IMG/VR virus record: IMGVR_UViG_2595698293_000001
Location: 160,001 to 224,000 of that record
Strand: one strand, 5' to 3'
Length of the DNA stretch: 64,000 nt
Source: a virus
Taxonomy: Duplodnaviria; Caudoviricetes
Part shown: positions 35,749-46,528 of the stretch, in pieces
Layout of the letters: the number at the start of each line of letters is the position of its first letter
Position numbering within the stretch: the first letter of the stretch is position 1
Notes under the pieces: generated by a model
Database searches by the model: none
What the model was told of the DNA's origin: nothing
What the model saw: only the letters and a program-made list of their open reading frames with translations
Position numbers and translations under genes: made by a program

Positions 35749-36180
35749 GCACTAAAGGTAGGGTACTAAGTACCAGAAACTAACACGAGGCAGTCGGAAT
35801 ATACGCCTACACCACAATTACTTTTAATTTAATTGAGGAACAAAACATGTCAGAATCACTTGTAAATAAAAACTCTCAAGGATTTGTAATTGCAAATAAA
35901 AACCCTCAAGGGTTTGTAATTATTGATCTGAATCTTAGCAGCGGGAGAATGTTCCAAAGTACTGATGCATGTATGCAATTTGACTTCCTCGGTTATGAAA
36001 TTAGTGTTAGTACAGGTGGTTCAGTACTACAAGGTGGTTTTCTTCAGGAAATTTTAGTTACTGATCCAGAAGAACGTCCTCACTTCATTCAGGGGTCGGT
36101 GCAAGATGCTATTATGTTTGTTATTCAGCGTGAACAAAATAGAAACTTTAATGAATTTACTAATGCAATGAGTAATAAGA

Positions 36181-37297
36181 TTGAAGAAGTTTAAAGTTAA
36201 TGTTAAGTACTTCACATTCTATAGTTTAGATCCAAATGATTGTCATCCAGGATTTTTTGAATGCACCCTAATCAGGGAGAATGAATGTGAAGTACTATAC
36301 TTTATATATAAAATGTATAACAAAATAGTTGTTTATGATTATAGAAAAAGAAATCCATATCCAGGAGAAACCTTATATTTCAATCAAACAATTATTGACT
36401 CATACAGTATAATTTGTACTGGTGAATATGATGAATAATAAGTATTATAATTTTGAATTGAAATATATACTTCGCATATCAGACGATGATACAGAATGTG
36501 TCGCACATATACAAACTTTGGCATGTAATCCGACAGACGCAGTAATTAAAATAATAGAAGCTAATATTTTACCATGTAAAAAATCAAATTTTATATTAAT
36601 AACATCAATTAGATTAACTTAAAAAAATGTCAGATTGTAAAAAATATAGTATATCTGGAACATATTCAATAAATTTCAAAGGTCTAAAAGAACAACAACA
36701 AAGAACATTCAAAGTCGTATTTTGTTCAACTAATCCTATTCAAGCATTGAATCAATTAATTACGCAATACTATCTATACAGTACTCCATTTTATATATAT
36801 ATTATTGAATCTTATAAAATTGTGGAAATATAAAAATGAATTATTATACTTTTGCATTGAAATATATTTCAGCATATTCACCTAATGTGGAAGGTAAATG
36901 TGTTATAAAAGCACAAGGAAATAATCCAATTGAAGCCATTATGAAAATAATATCTACTAATTCATTCCCTGATAAAAATTCAACGTTTGTACTAATTACT
37001 TCAATTGTCATTCAATGATAATTTGGATATAGTATGAATATATATACAGTAACTGGAATTCATATGGCTCAATTTACAGGAACATTTCCAATGATTGGTG
37101 GTGTTCCTGTAAATACAATTCCTAAAAAATTTAAATTCCGAATTTCAGCAGATAATGAAGTACATGCGTATTATAAAGTTATAGAAAAATATAATGTTTA
37201 TAATACCTGCAATTATTTTTATATAATTTATGATGTTAAAGTTGACATTCATTATACCCCATATAGTAAGAATAACCTCATTAATATCTTAATCTAA
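36181..37297 (+). other. tandem array of five small paralog-like ORFs
   Basis: LACNPTDAVIKII..FILITSI, STNPIQALNQLI, GNNPIEAIMKII..FVLITSI, ADNEVHAYYKVI. Confidence 0.55.
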
Positions 37298-37310
37298 CAG
37301 AGAAAATAAA

Positions 37311-37979
37311 ATGCTTGCTAATCTGAAATACATGATCAGTACTGAAGCACGTGATGAAAAAGGTTGCTACATTAAATCCGAAACCAAAACATTTGATGAT
37401 CTTGGTATGAGTGGTGTTTTTCATGAATGTCATTTCGATCCATATCACCCATTTTGGTCTAAACATCAGGAACCAGAGAAAGTACAAAATACTCGAATTT
37501 TTTGTGCATTACAAACAAATACACCTGGCATCATCGCGGCGTATAATGCGGATGATGTAATCGACCACATGACGAATTATGAAGTAATCGATGAGCACCC
37601 AATGATTAGTCCAAGGGGTGAAGTTTATACACATCAAGATTTCCATTCAATGTTTAATGAAATGGAGAGGATCATTCTTCCCAGTGGTAAACAACGACCT
37701 GAATATATGAACTTGGTTGGTTCTTATGGTGTAGCAGATAACATTGAACAAATTCTTCGTAAGTATAAATCATTGTTAAATAGTCCAGATGAAGTTGTAT
37801 TAACTATCCATCCTGTACTGAAAAAGGATCAACCAGAAAGTGGTGGTTGGCGTTGGCATAAATGGGGGTCATATATCGGCAATCACAAGATTAAGTGTGA
37901 ATATTTGTATGATGAAGTTGGTATTGATAAAGTTTTGTGTTATAATTGGATCTACGTAAAACCCAAAAAAGGAATCTAA
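37311..37979 (+). CDS. hypothetical protein, GWRWHKWG family (paralog of 49646..50233)
   Basis: SYGVADNIEQIL...QPESGGWRWHKWGSYIG. Confidence 0.7.
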   Translation: MLANLKYMISTEARDEKGCYIKSETKTFDDLGMSGVFHECHFDPYHPFWSKHQEPEKVQNTRIFCALQTNTPGIIAAYNADDVIDHMTNYEVIDEHPMISPRGEVYTHQDFHSMFNEMERIILPSGKQRPEYMNLVGSYGVADNIEQILRKYKSLLNSPDEVVLTIHPVLKKDQPESGGWRWHKWGSYIGNHKIKCEYLYDEVGIDKVLCYNWIYVKPKKGI

Positions 37980-38264
37980 AAATGATTAATGTATTAGCAT
38001 TGGTACTTATTTTGCTCTTTATTATGTTACCAACACTTATTTCTGTTACACGCAATACAGTAGAAACTTCACTACGTGTATTTTTACTTAACTTTATGTT
38101 ATTGGTTATTTCAATCATCGTTCCTTACAGTGAATCACTTATTGATGGTATCAGTAACATTTTACTTGTTTGGTCTTATTTGATTATGTTATCTTATATT
38201 CCAGACGAATCAGATCCAAAAGATTTAAGAAATGTTGTAAGATACGTGTGATTAAGGATTAATT

Positions 38265-38525
38265 GTGGCAAGTGGGTTTGTTGATGATGATTGTGTAAAC
38301 AATACCATAGAAAGCACAGTACTTAATGCTATTGATTTTGCAAGAAGTAATCTATATTCAGGTGAATCATTTAAGTACTGTACTGACTGCGGTGATGAAA
38401 TACCAGAAAAACGTCGGGCAGTTCTTAGTGGTGTAAAACGTTGTGTGAAATGTCAATCTAAGGTAGACAATTCATATAAAGAGTATTATAATAGACGTGG
38501 ATCAAAAGATTCACAATTACGTTAA
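38265..38525 (+). CDS. DksA/TraR C4 zinc-finger protein (YbiI-like)
   Basis: CTDCGDEIPEKRRAVLSGVKRCVKCQ; NRRGSKDSQLR C-terminus. Confidence 0.88.
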   Translation: MASGFVDDDCVNNTIESTVLNAIDFARSNLYSGESFKYCTDCGDEIPEKRRAVLSGVKRCVKCQSKVDNSYKEYYNRRGSKDSQLR

Positions 38526-40262
38526 AAGGAAACAAAATGATTGGATTAATTTCGGTTGTACTTACTATCCCATATATTATTATTGTGTGGGCGATGGTTT
38601 GCAGTTTGTTACAGGAAAATGGTTCACTGAAGGGTAGTAGATTTAATTATAAAGAAGATTTTCTATTAAATTCTAATACAGTGTCCTTACTATACAAAAT
38701 CGTTTGGATTTGGTTAGCAGCTACAGTACTGAACTTCTTTTTCCCTGTATTTGGAATTGTACTATATATTGTTAATATTGTTATTATTCTGGTATCATTG
38801 TATTGGTTGTACGAATGTTACAAATCTGGAAAATTCAAAGTTTGGTTTAATAAAAAATAAAAATTATAAATTATAAATACCTTTGTATACTACCTACAAA
38901 GGTATTTTCTTTTTAGAGGATTTATTATGCATATATTACTAAGTTTAGTACTTAGTACTATTTTGCTATCCTTTCTACCTGCCAGTGTATCAGCTAACAA
39001 TGGTTCATTGTGCTTGTCTAATGATGGTGAATGGTACGAAGTACGTTCCGATCCTGATAATCCAAATAACCTCACTATTGATGGTGAAGTCTTTTACATC
39101 CTACAGCAACAAACCCACCTTAATAAAAAAGTCTTGACATTTAAAAGTACCAGTGGTACACTGGCATTGTTAGTTTTGGTTGGTAATCCAGAAACTAAAA
39201 AGGTTTCAATTGACATGTTCCTCACATCTGAGATAAAATCAGTTAAAATTCAATGTAAATAGGGTATAACAATGCTAGACAAAATTTTTGATATTTTGTT
39301 TTTAATTCCAGTTGTATCAACTGCTATTGTAGTTTTTACAATGCTTAGTTCAGTACTGATTGGTATCCTTTGTCTGGTAATGGGTAGTGATTCTGTATTG
39401 AGATTCAGTTCTAAATATTTTGTTTGGGGAGACGTGCCAGCATTTAATGCTACATTCGTCTCCTTTTTTCTTTTTATTTGTTCTCTCATGTTACATGAAT
39501 TTGAATTGCTGAGTTCGATTTATATCGTAAGCTTCTATTCAATTTTTAGTATGTGTTGTCTGTGGTACATGATCTACAGTATTGATGTTTGGTATACAAA
39601 TTATGTTGAATATAAACACAAAAAATGAGAATAAAAATATGAAAACTATTATCTTCTTTGTATTAATGATGATTTGTAGTATCAGTGCACGTGCAGAACT
39701 TATTGTTGATATGGTATGTGTTAGTAATGATGGGGAATCTCATACTTATAAGGTAGACAGAGATAACTTATTAACAATATTAATTGATAACATTCCATAT
39801 GATTATGAAAAAAATACAACTATTGGTGATACTGATATTTCGAAATACGCAAATACAAATAATAAATCCGAATTGGCTTATATTTCAGTTGATGTATATG
39901 AAGATATGCGTACTAAACAACAATTTCCAGAAATTAAATTAGTACTAATGGAAAATGGTGCTAAAGTTGCTAAATTCGGAGGATTATGTCATGATAATTA
40001 ATTTATCAATTAATTATGATTCTTTTTGTTTAAGAGATAATACTGAGAGTATTTTTTATTCTGGTGCCACTCATTTATTTTTTGAAGATTATAAAATACC
40101 ATATGAATTGATTGAAATTAATAATATTGATTATATTCAATATCATGAAAATGATAATATTGTTTGTGTTGAAATTGATAAATTGGAAGAATTAATTAAA
40201 TTTATGAAAAAATATAATTGTAATATTGAATTAAAATCTGATTATGGTATAATTCATTTCAA

Positions 40263-40805
40263 GTGAGATCCAAAATGAAGCACTGGTCATATAAAAAAAG
40301 ATTAAAGAGAAATAAATGGTATCCAAGATATTATTACATACCATGGATATCGAGTTTTGCAAGATTATCTGCTTTATCTAAAAAATGTACTATTAATAAA
40401 TTTCAAGTAAGTGATATAAGCACTAAAGGTGTATATAAAGTAAAAGTTAACCCAAATGATGAAATTGGTATTTGTTTATTGAATTATAATGAATTTAGTA
40501 TTAACTATATATCTTCTGCTGTGAAATATTTAAATATACTAAGTACTAATTATGAATTTTCAGATTTTTTTACTGGAGACCGCCGACGTATAATTTGCAC
40601 TAAATCTTACGAAAAGATTTCTAATGATATAGATTTTTCAAATTTAACTGAAGAGGAATATTTTCAGTACAGTACGTTATATGATAATCTTGATGATTTA
40701 GTTAAACTTAATACATTGTTTAAATGTATTGAAGAAAAAACCAAAGACAAATTTACATTAATGAATTTTCTACGTGGAATTCAGAAATTTGAGGCTGAAC
40801 AATGA
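40263..40805 (+). CDS. FQxST-motif family protein
   Basis: NLTEEEYFQYSTLYDN. Confidence 0.7.
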   Translation: MRSKMKHWSYKKRLKRNKWYPRYYYIPWISSFARLSALSKKCTINKFQVSDISTKGVYKVKVNPNDEIGICLLNYNEFSINYISSAVKYLNILSTNYEFSDFFTGDRRRIICTKSYEKISNDIDFSNLTEEEYFQYSTLYDNLDDLVKLNTLFKCIEEKTKDKFTLMNFLRGIQKFEAEQ

Positions 40806-42464
40806 AAACGGTACTCGTTTATCGAGTTGAACTGTGTTTTACTGCTATCAGTATTAGTGGTATGAATTATGCTCAACAAGGACCATATACTACATATGAT
40901 GCATGGATGAGCAAAGACAATGGATATAAACCGTGTTTAGTTTCATACGATCCAATTAATCAGCCTGAACCTGAAAATGATGGATTAGAACATACATTTG
41001 CAGTAATTTATGGATTTCGTGATAAAAACCAAATGTTTGATTGGTTTTGTTGTGATATCGTCTCTTTACATTATGCTGGATTTGTGTTAAGCGTATATGA
41101 AGTACCAATTGAAGATGTAAATTATGGTAGAAAACAGTTGAATTTTTATCCAAATGAGAGTAGACTTATCTCTGTAGAATCGTTGTTGGACATTGCAGAG
41201 GATTATTAATGAAAACTGTGACAATCAAAGAAATCCAAAATAATTGGCAAGATTTAATTGAATTTAAATATAATTTTGAAGAATACAAGAAAGATACAGC
41301 GGCAAGAAATGCTTTAAATTCTGCATTTGGCTGTAAGTTAAAAGCAGCATTCTGTACTGTATATCCTGCTGTGACAGTTGATAAAACAGGCATCGATTTT
41401 GGTGCAGCACGTATTATTTTCATTACAGAGAAAGGTGATGTAAGAATGATCTCTTCTTCTGAATGGGGTGGTATCAGTACTAAATTAAATTAAAGGTATA
41501 TTTCCATGAAACCAAATAATGTTATTGTTAATGTTCCTGAATTCCATAATGTCGTTGTGCAAGGAAAGGATTATATGACATTGGGATGTTGTGGATATGA
41601 ATTGTTTACAGTACTAAAATACCATAAACAAGATGATCGTCATCATGTTATTGTACAAAATACTGGATATCTTTGTACTATTGATAATAGTCCAAATATG
41701 CTCGCAGAGAATCCAACAACAATTCAAAAATACTTAATTGAAAATCACGGTAATGACGCTGGTTTATTCTCTTTCAGTGACATGACAGAAGAGGAAGCAA
41801 ATAGTTTTATTCCCATTGATCAAAATAAAAATGCACCTGTAGTATTTTTATACGAAGATGATGCATTCATTTATCGTGACAAACTTTGTATTCTCATCAA
41901 TGGAGAAGAAAAGTCTTTTCATGAAATCAGTGCGGATAAGAAATATATTTTTACTGTAGTACTCAATCGCATTACTGAAGTACTGATGGATTGATATTAA
42001 AAATGGTTGACTTTATGTCAACCATTTTGTTATTATACGCATATATTAAGTCAATAAGGATTTATTTTAATGAAAAATAAATTAGTGCTTACTATCATTT
42101 TTTTAATTCCATCAATCCCTTCATATGCAGGTAAATTGAGTGAGCCAGTTTGTGAAGTACGAGTATGTAATAAAATTTCTCGTTTTTCTTTAGATATTAT
42201 GTCACATATTAAAGATAAAATGGGTGAGAAATGTGATACTGTATTATTACCCAAATCAGAATCATATGTTGGTAATGTATTATCATCAGAAAGTCGTTGG
42301 TATCAAGGTAGTTCTATCAATCCAACAAAGAAATCAGTGACGAAAGTTGTAGAAGTACTTGAATGTCAATGATTAATAATTTAAAGCCAACAAAAGGTTG
42401 ACTTCGGTCAGCCTTTTTTCTATTGGTAAATATTCATGATAACAAAGAATCAAGGATGATTTTT

Positions 42465-43652
42465 ATGGCAAGCGGAATAAGATTAACCCAAGAAGAAGCA
42501 GAAATATTAGTTCAAGAACAATGTATTAAAAATAATTATACGTATAAACCATTTACATATATTAATGCAAAAACTATTTTAATATTGAAGTGTGATGATG
42601 CCGAACATGAAGAATGGAAATGTAAATTTGGTAAATTCATTTATAATGGAACTGGCTGCCCTGAATGTAAAGGAAGAAATTCGTTAAAAGAAAAAACTGC
42701 AAGAAAAAGAGTACATGATATATGTACTTCCAAAGGATATACTTATGATCCGTCATTTACATTCAATGGTTCTATTAAAACCATAATTACGGTTTATTGT
42801 AATGTTAATGGACATAAACCATATAAAATAACCTATAATGCATTAGTAAATCAGAAATATGGATGTATTGAATGTGGTGGTAGATTGAAACTATCACAGC
42901 AAAAAGCTGAATCAAATGTGATTAAACGATGTTCTGAAGTTGGCTATACTTATAGACCATTTGAATATAAAAATAATAATACTAAGATTTTATTAAATTG
43001 TTCAATTACAGAACATGAAGAATTTTATATAAGTTATTATAATTTTATTAGTAACAAAAATGGTTGTCCTGTCTGTAGTAAGTTACGTGTTTCAGAAAAG
43101 CTTAGACTTTCACAAGAGGAAGCAGAATTTCGATTGAATGAAATATGTTTATTGAATGGATATTCATATGAACCATTTGTGTATATTAATTCATCAACTG
43201 TTATAGATATGAAATGTTCAGTTCCTGAACATCCTTCTTGGAAATCTAGTTTTCAAAATACTGTACAAAAAAGACGAGGGTGTCCGTGTTGTTTTATTGG
43301 TGGTTATGATCCAAACAAACCAGGTTATTTGTATATACACAGAATACATGGAGATGATAAAACATATTATAAGTTTGGTATAACAAATAATTATGAAGAT
43401 AGATTCAAACAATATAATAATAATGCATTCAAAACTGAAAAATTTAAAACATATTATAGTACTGATGGTTTATTAATAAAGGATATAGAATATTATATTA
43501 AATATAAATCTAATATTGAACGATGTGTTTTATCGAAAGAAAATTACAAGGATGGATATACTGAAACCATAAATGAATCGTCATATGAGCAGTTAATACA
43601 TATAATAGAACAATATAACGTAGAATCTATTGACGTAAATGCAATTAAGTAG
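42465..43652 (+). CDS. putative homing endonuclease: four Cys/His zinc-binding repeats + C-terminal GIY-YIG-like domain
   Basis: Four ~65-aa repeats C....H...GCPxC; GYLYIHRI...YYKFGITNN...R; ATG 42465 has an AAGGA SD. Confidence 0.7.
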   Translation: MASGIRLTQEEAEILVQEQCIKNNYTYKPFTYINAKTILILKCDDAEHEEWKCKFGKFIYNGTGCPECKGRNSLKEKTARKRVHDICTSKGYTYDPSFTFNGSIKTIITVYCNVNGHKPYKITYNALVNQKYGCIECGGRLKLSQQKAESNVIKRCSEVGYTYRPFEYKNNNTKILLNCSITEHEEFYISYYNFISNKNGCPVCSKLRVSEKLRLSQEEAEFRLNEICLLNGYSYEPFVYINSSTVIDMKCSVPEHPSWKSSFQNTVQKRRGCPCCFIGGYDPNKPGYLYIHRIHGDDKTYYKFGITNNYEDRFKQYNNNAFKTEKFKTYYSTDGLLIKDIEYYIKYKSNIERCVLSKENYKDGYTETINESSYEQLIHIIEQYNVESIDVNAIK

Positions 43653-43695
43653 TAAAATAAATAATAGTATATTTTAAGTTAAAGGAGGGCATACA

Positions 43696-45393
43696 ATGCC
43701 TGGTGATTATAATAATGGCGACATGAAGCACAGAAATGGTGCAATTGTACAACATTCAAAACGCAAGTCGGAGTACCGCCCTGCTGGTAACTATGTTGGT
43801 GGTAGTAAAATGAGCAGGAATCAGTCCACTGGAAAACAAGGTGCTGAGAACGCAAAACCCGGTGAAGTTACTGACACTTCCAAAATGAATCAAGAAGAAA
43901 AGTTGCGTTATTTTAATAAACTTGGACTTCTTAATCCAACACAAAAACAGCAACTTGCTGATATTGATGCTAAAAAATCACAATCCAGTACTGCAAATGT
44001 TGAACCAGTACAGAAACCTAGTACTGAACAACCTAAACCAGATGTTAATCCAGTAAAAGAATTATCTGATAAATTAGGTAAAATTTTCGCTAATAAACCA
44101 CAATTAATTCAAGGTATCGTGAAAGCATTACAATCTGTGCCAAAAGAACAATTAAAAGATAAAGCACAAGCTGTACTGAAAGCTATGAATAACAACACCA
44201 GTACTGAACCAACTGAAGTATTCAGTACTGTAATGCAAGCAATTGAAGGTTCTCCTGAAAAGGATGAAGATGATATTGATTTCGATGAAAAAGAACCAGT
44301 TAAATCTGAACCAGAAGAAGGTTCTATTGACTGGATTCGTAAAATACATAAGTTTGTTTTTGATAAGTATTTTAATCAAGATTTTGATAGTTATAAATCT
44401 TATAGGGATTTACTTAAAAATAAACACGATGCTAATATTTTTCAGGATTATCTTGAAAAAATGGAAAAAAATCCAAAAATCAAACCATTGTATGATCTAG
44501 CTATGCATAAATTAAATGACTTCGATCCAGAAGAAGGTGAAGATTCTAAATTCATTAACATTGGTGACGCAGTATTCAGTATCATCAAAGATGGTGAAAA
44601 TGTACAACAAAGTTCTGGTGCTGAAGAAAGTGATAAGTACGCTCAAGATTATGAAAGAGAAGAAGAAAAAAGTCGTGATCTAGAACGTCAGTACAGTACT
44701 ATGTCAGAGAATGATTTTAGAAAAGATTTTCATTTCTTAGATAGTAAAGATGTAGAAGCATTAATTAAACAAGCTAAGCAATTCAAAAATTATCAATCAG
44801 CACTATCAGCTATTGCTTCGGGTGTTGATAATAGCACAGATGGTGATAACAATGAAATTCTTTCTTCCATGTATGCTATCGCTGATGATTTAGGTAGTAT
44901 GGGATTTGAATTGAAAGATAACGATAACAGTACTTCAGATAATAATGAATATGGTTTTGTTATGTCTCCAGAAGAATTATCATCTACTGGAAAACATAGT
45001 TATAATAATGATCCAGAAGTATATCAACAGCCAACATTGGATGATGCCTTAGTACTTGCACGTAAACATGCAGCGGCTGCACGTAAAGAAGATTTTGATA
45101 AATTCTTGAAATATGTAGCTGATGGTATGAAAGAACAGGGTACTAAACCAGCAATTATTAACAGAACTCTTAGTCATTATATGCATGAACTAAAAAATAA
45201 TGGTTTTAAATTTCAATCTGCACTAAATTCTATGGTAGATAATGCCGAGGCTTATGATCCAGATGATGATTATGGTACTGAATTTGACCACAACATAGCT
45301 TCATTTGAAAGTGGGATGGAAAACTACGATAAAGATCAATCAAAATATGAAGATCAAATAATTCACGTTTACAATCAATTACACGGAAAATAA
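43696..45393 (+). CDS. large acidic hypothetical protein (565 aa)
   Basis: Long ORF, strong AAGGAGG SD, low-complexity D/E-rich linkers. Confidence 0.8.
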   Translation: MPGDYNNGDMKHRNGAIVQHSKRKSEYRPAGNYVGGSKMSRNQSTGKQGAENAKPGEVTDTSKMNQEEKLRYFNKLGLLNPTQKQQLADIDAKKSQSSTANVEPVQKPSTEQPKPDVNPVKELSDKLGKIFANKPQLIQGIVKALQSVPKEQLKDKAQAVLKAMNNNTSTEPTEVFSTVMQAIEGSPEKDEDDIDFDEKEPVKSEPEEGSIDWIRKIHKFVFDKYFNQDFDSYKSYRDLLKNKHDANIFQDYLEKMEKNPKIKPLYDLAMHKLNDFDPEEGEDSKFINIGDAVFSIIKDGENVQQSSGAEESDKYAQDYEREEEKSRDLERQYSTMSENDFRKDFHFLDSKDVEALIKQAKQFKNYQSALSAIASGVDNSTDGDNNEILSSMYAIADDLGSMGFELKDNDNSTSDNNEYGFVMSPEELSSTGKHSYNNDPEVYQQPTLDDALVLARKHAAAARKEDFDKFLKYVADGMKEQGTKPAIINRTLSHYMHELKNNGFKFQSALNSMVDNAEAYDPDDDYGTEFDHNIASFESGMENYDKDQSKYEDQIIHVYNQLHGK

Positions 45394-46165
45394 TAAAAAG
45401 GGTTGACTTCGGTCAGCCCTTTTGTTATTATATATACATCCAAACAAAATAGGAATACTACAATGCCTTTAATTAAATTGGAAACTCATATCGCTGCTAT
45501 CGAATCCATGATGAAACAACTGGATGTTCTTGAACTGACAACTGATAGTCCAGTACTGAATCATTGTCTCAGTCTTGAAGATATGGGTGAATTGGGTAAT
45601 GGTATTGAAGCAATTCGCCGTAATCTGAATAATGCTAAAGCATGGGCTGTTGAGCAATATAATACACAAGTGTTGCAATTATCGTACACTACCAACAAAG
45701 GTGATTTTGCTCGTTTTCATGGTACTAAAGATGAACTTCGTAAATTCTGGAATTCATCAAAAGATAATATGAAGTACGTTGAAATCTATTACAATTATTC
45801 TCGTGCTCCAATATGTGGTGATAAAGCTGTTGGAATATTTTTATCCACAAATTAATTAAAAAGGGTTGATTTCGGTCAGCCCTTTTGTTATCATATCAGT
45901 ACTTAATATATAATTTTAATTTAAAAGGATATCTTACTCATGATGGTATCAGTACAACCGTATGTAAATGGTACTTTTGTCCTTAAAATCGAAAGTGGTT
46001 ACAGGACTGGTTTATTCGTTAGTAAACCAAAGCTCAATGATACTGATATAGAATTTCCAGAAACATTCAGTACTGAAACAGATGCATTAAATTGGGCAAT
46101 TGAAAATGGATATCAAAAAATTAAAATAAACAGCACGATTGAATTAAATTATGGAGTTCGTATAA

Positions 46166-46528
46166 ATGCAAAATGAACAAGAGAATCAAGAAAAGAAAAA
46201 ACTAGATACTAATGATTATAAAATCTTACATATCGCCTTACAAAAAATCATGGAAGGCGAACGTAATGAAGATTATGGCATTTGTTATAATCTACAATCT
46301 AAAGTACTAAACTATATTGAAAAACGATTCATTTATCAATTCCTTCAGGAATCACTAAAAAGTATTCTTGGTGGTAAATGTGGTCAATATCCAATTGAAG
46401 GGTCGTATGAAGATTTCAAACGAAACAATGAAAAATGGAATACATTTACTGAATTCGGATTTAAGCGTTTAAATCTACTCAAATCAATGATTGAACGTAC
46501 TGAAAAACTTTCTTTGGGAGAAAAATAA
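46166..46528 (+). CDS. hypothetical protein, paralog of 50717..51148
   Basis: Shared YK.....L..I..G.RNE..GIC.NL, YPIEGS, KW, RLNLL.SMI. Confidence 0.7.
   Translation: MQNEQENQEKKKLDTNDYKILHIALQKIMEGERNEDYGICYNLQSKVLNYIEKRFIYQFLQESLKSILGGKCGQYPIEGSYEDFKRNNEKWNTFTEFGFKRLNLLKSMIERTEKLSLGEK

Noticed and set aside
35575-35769. 64-aa ORF (likewise 20630..20812 and 21325..21528)
   Set aside because: They overlap tRNA-like structures or a better ORF in another frame
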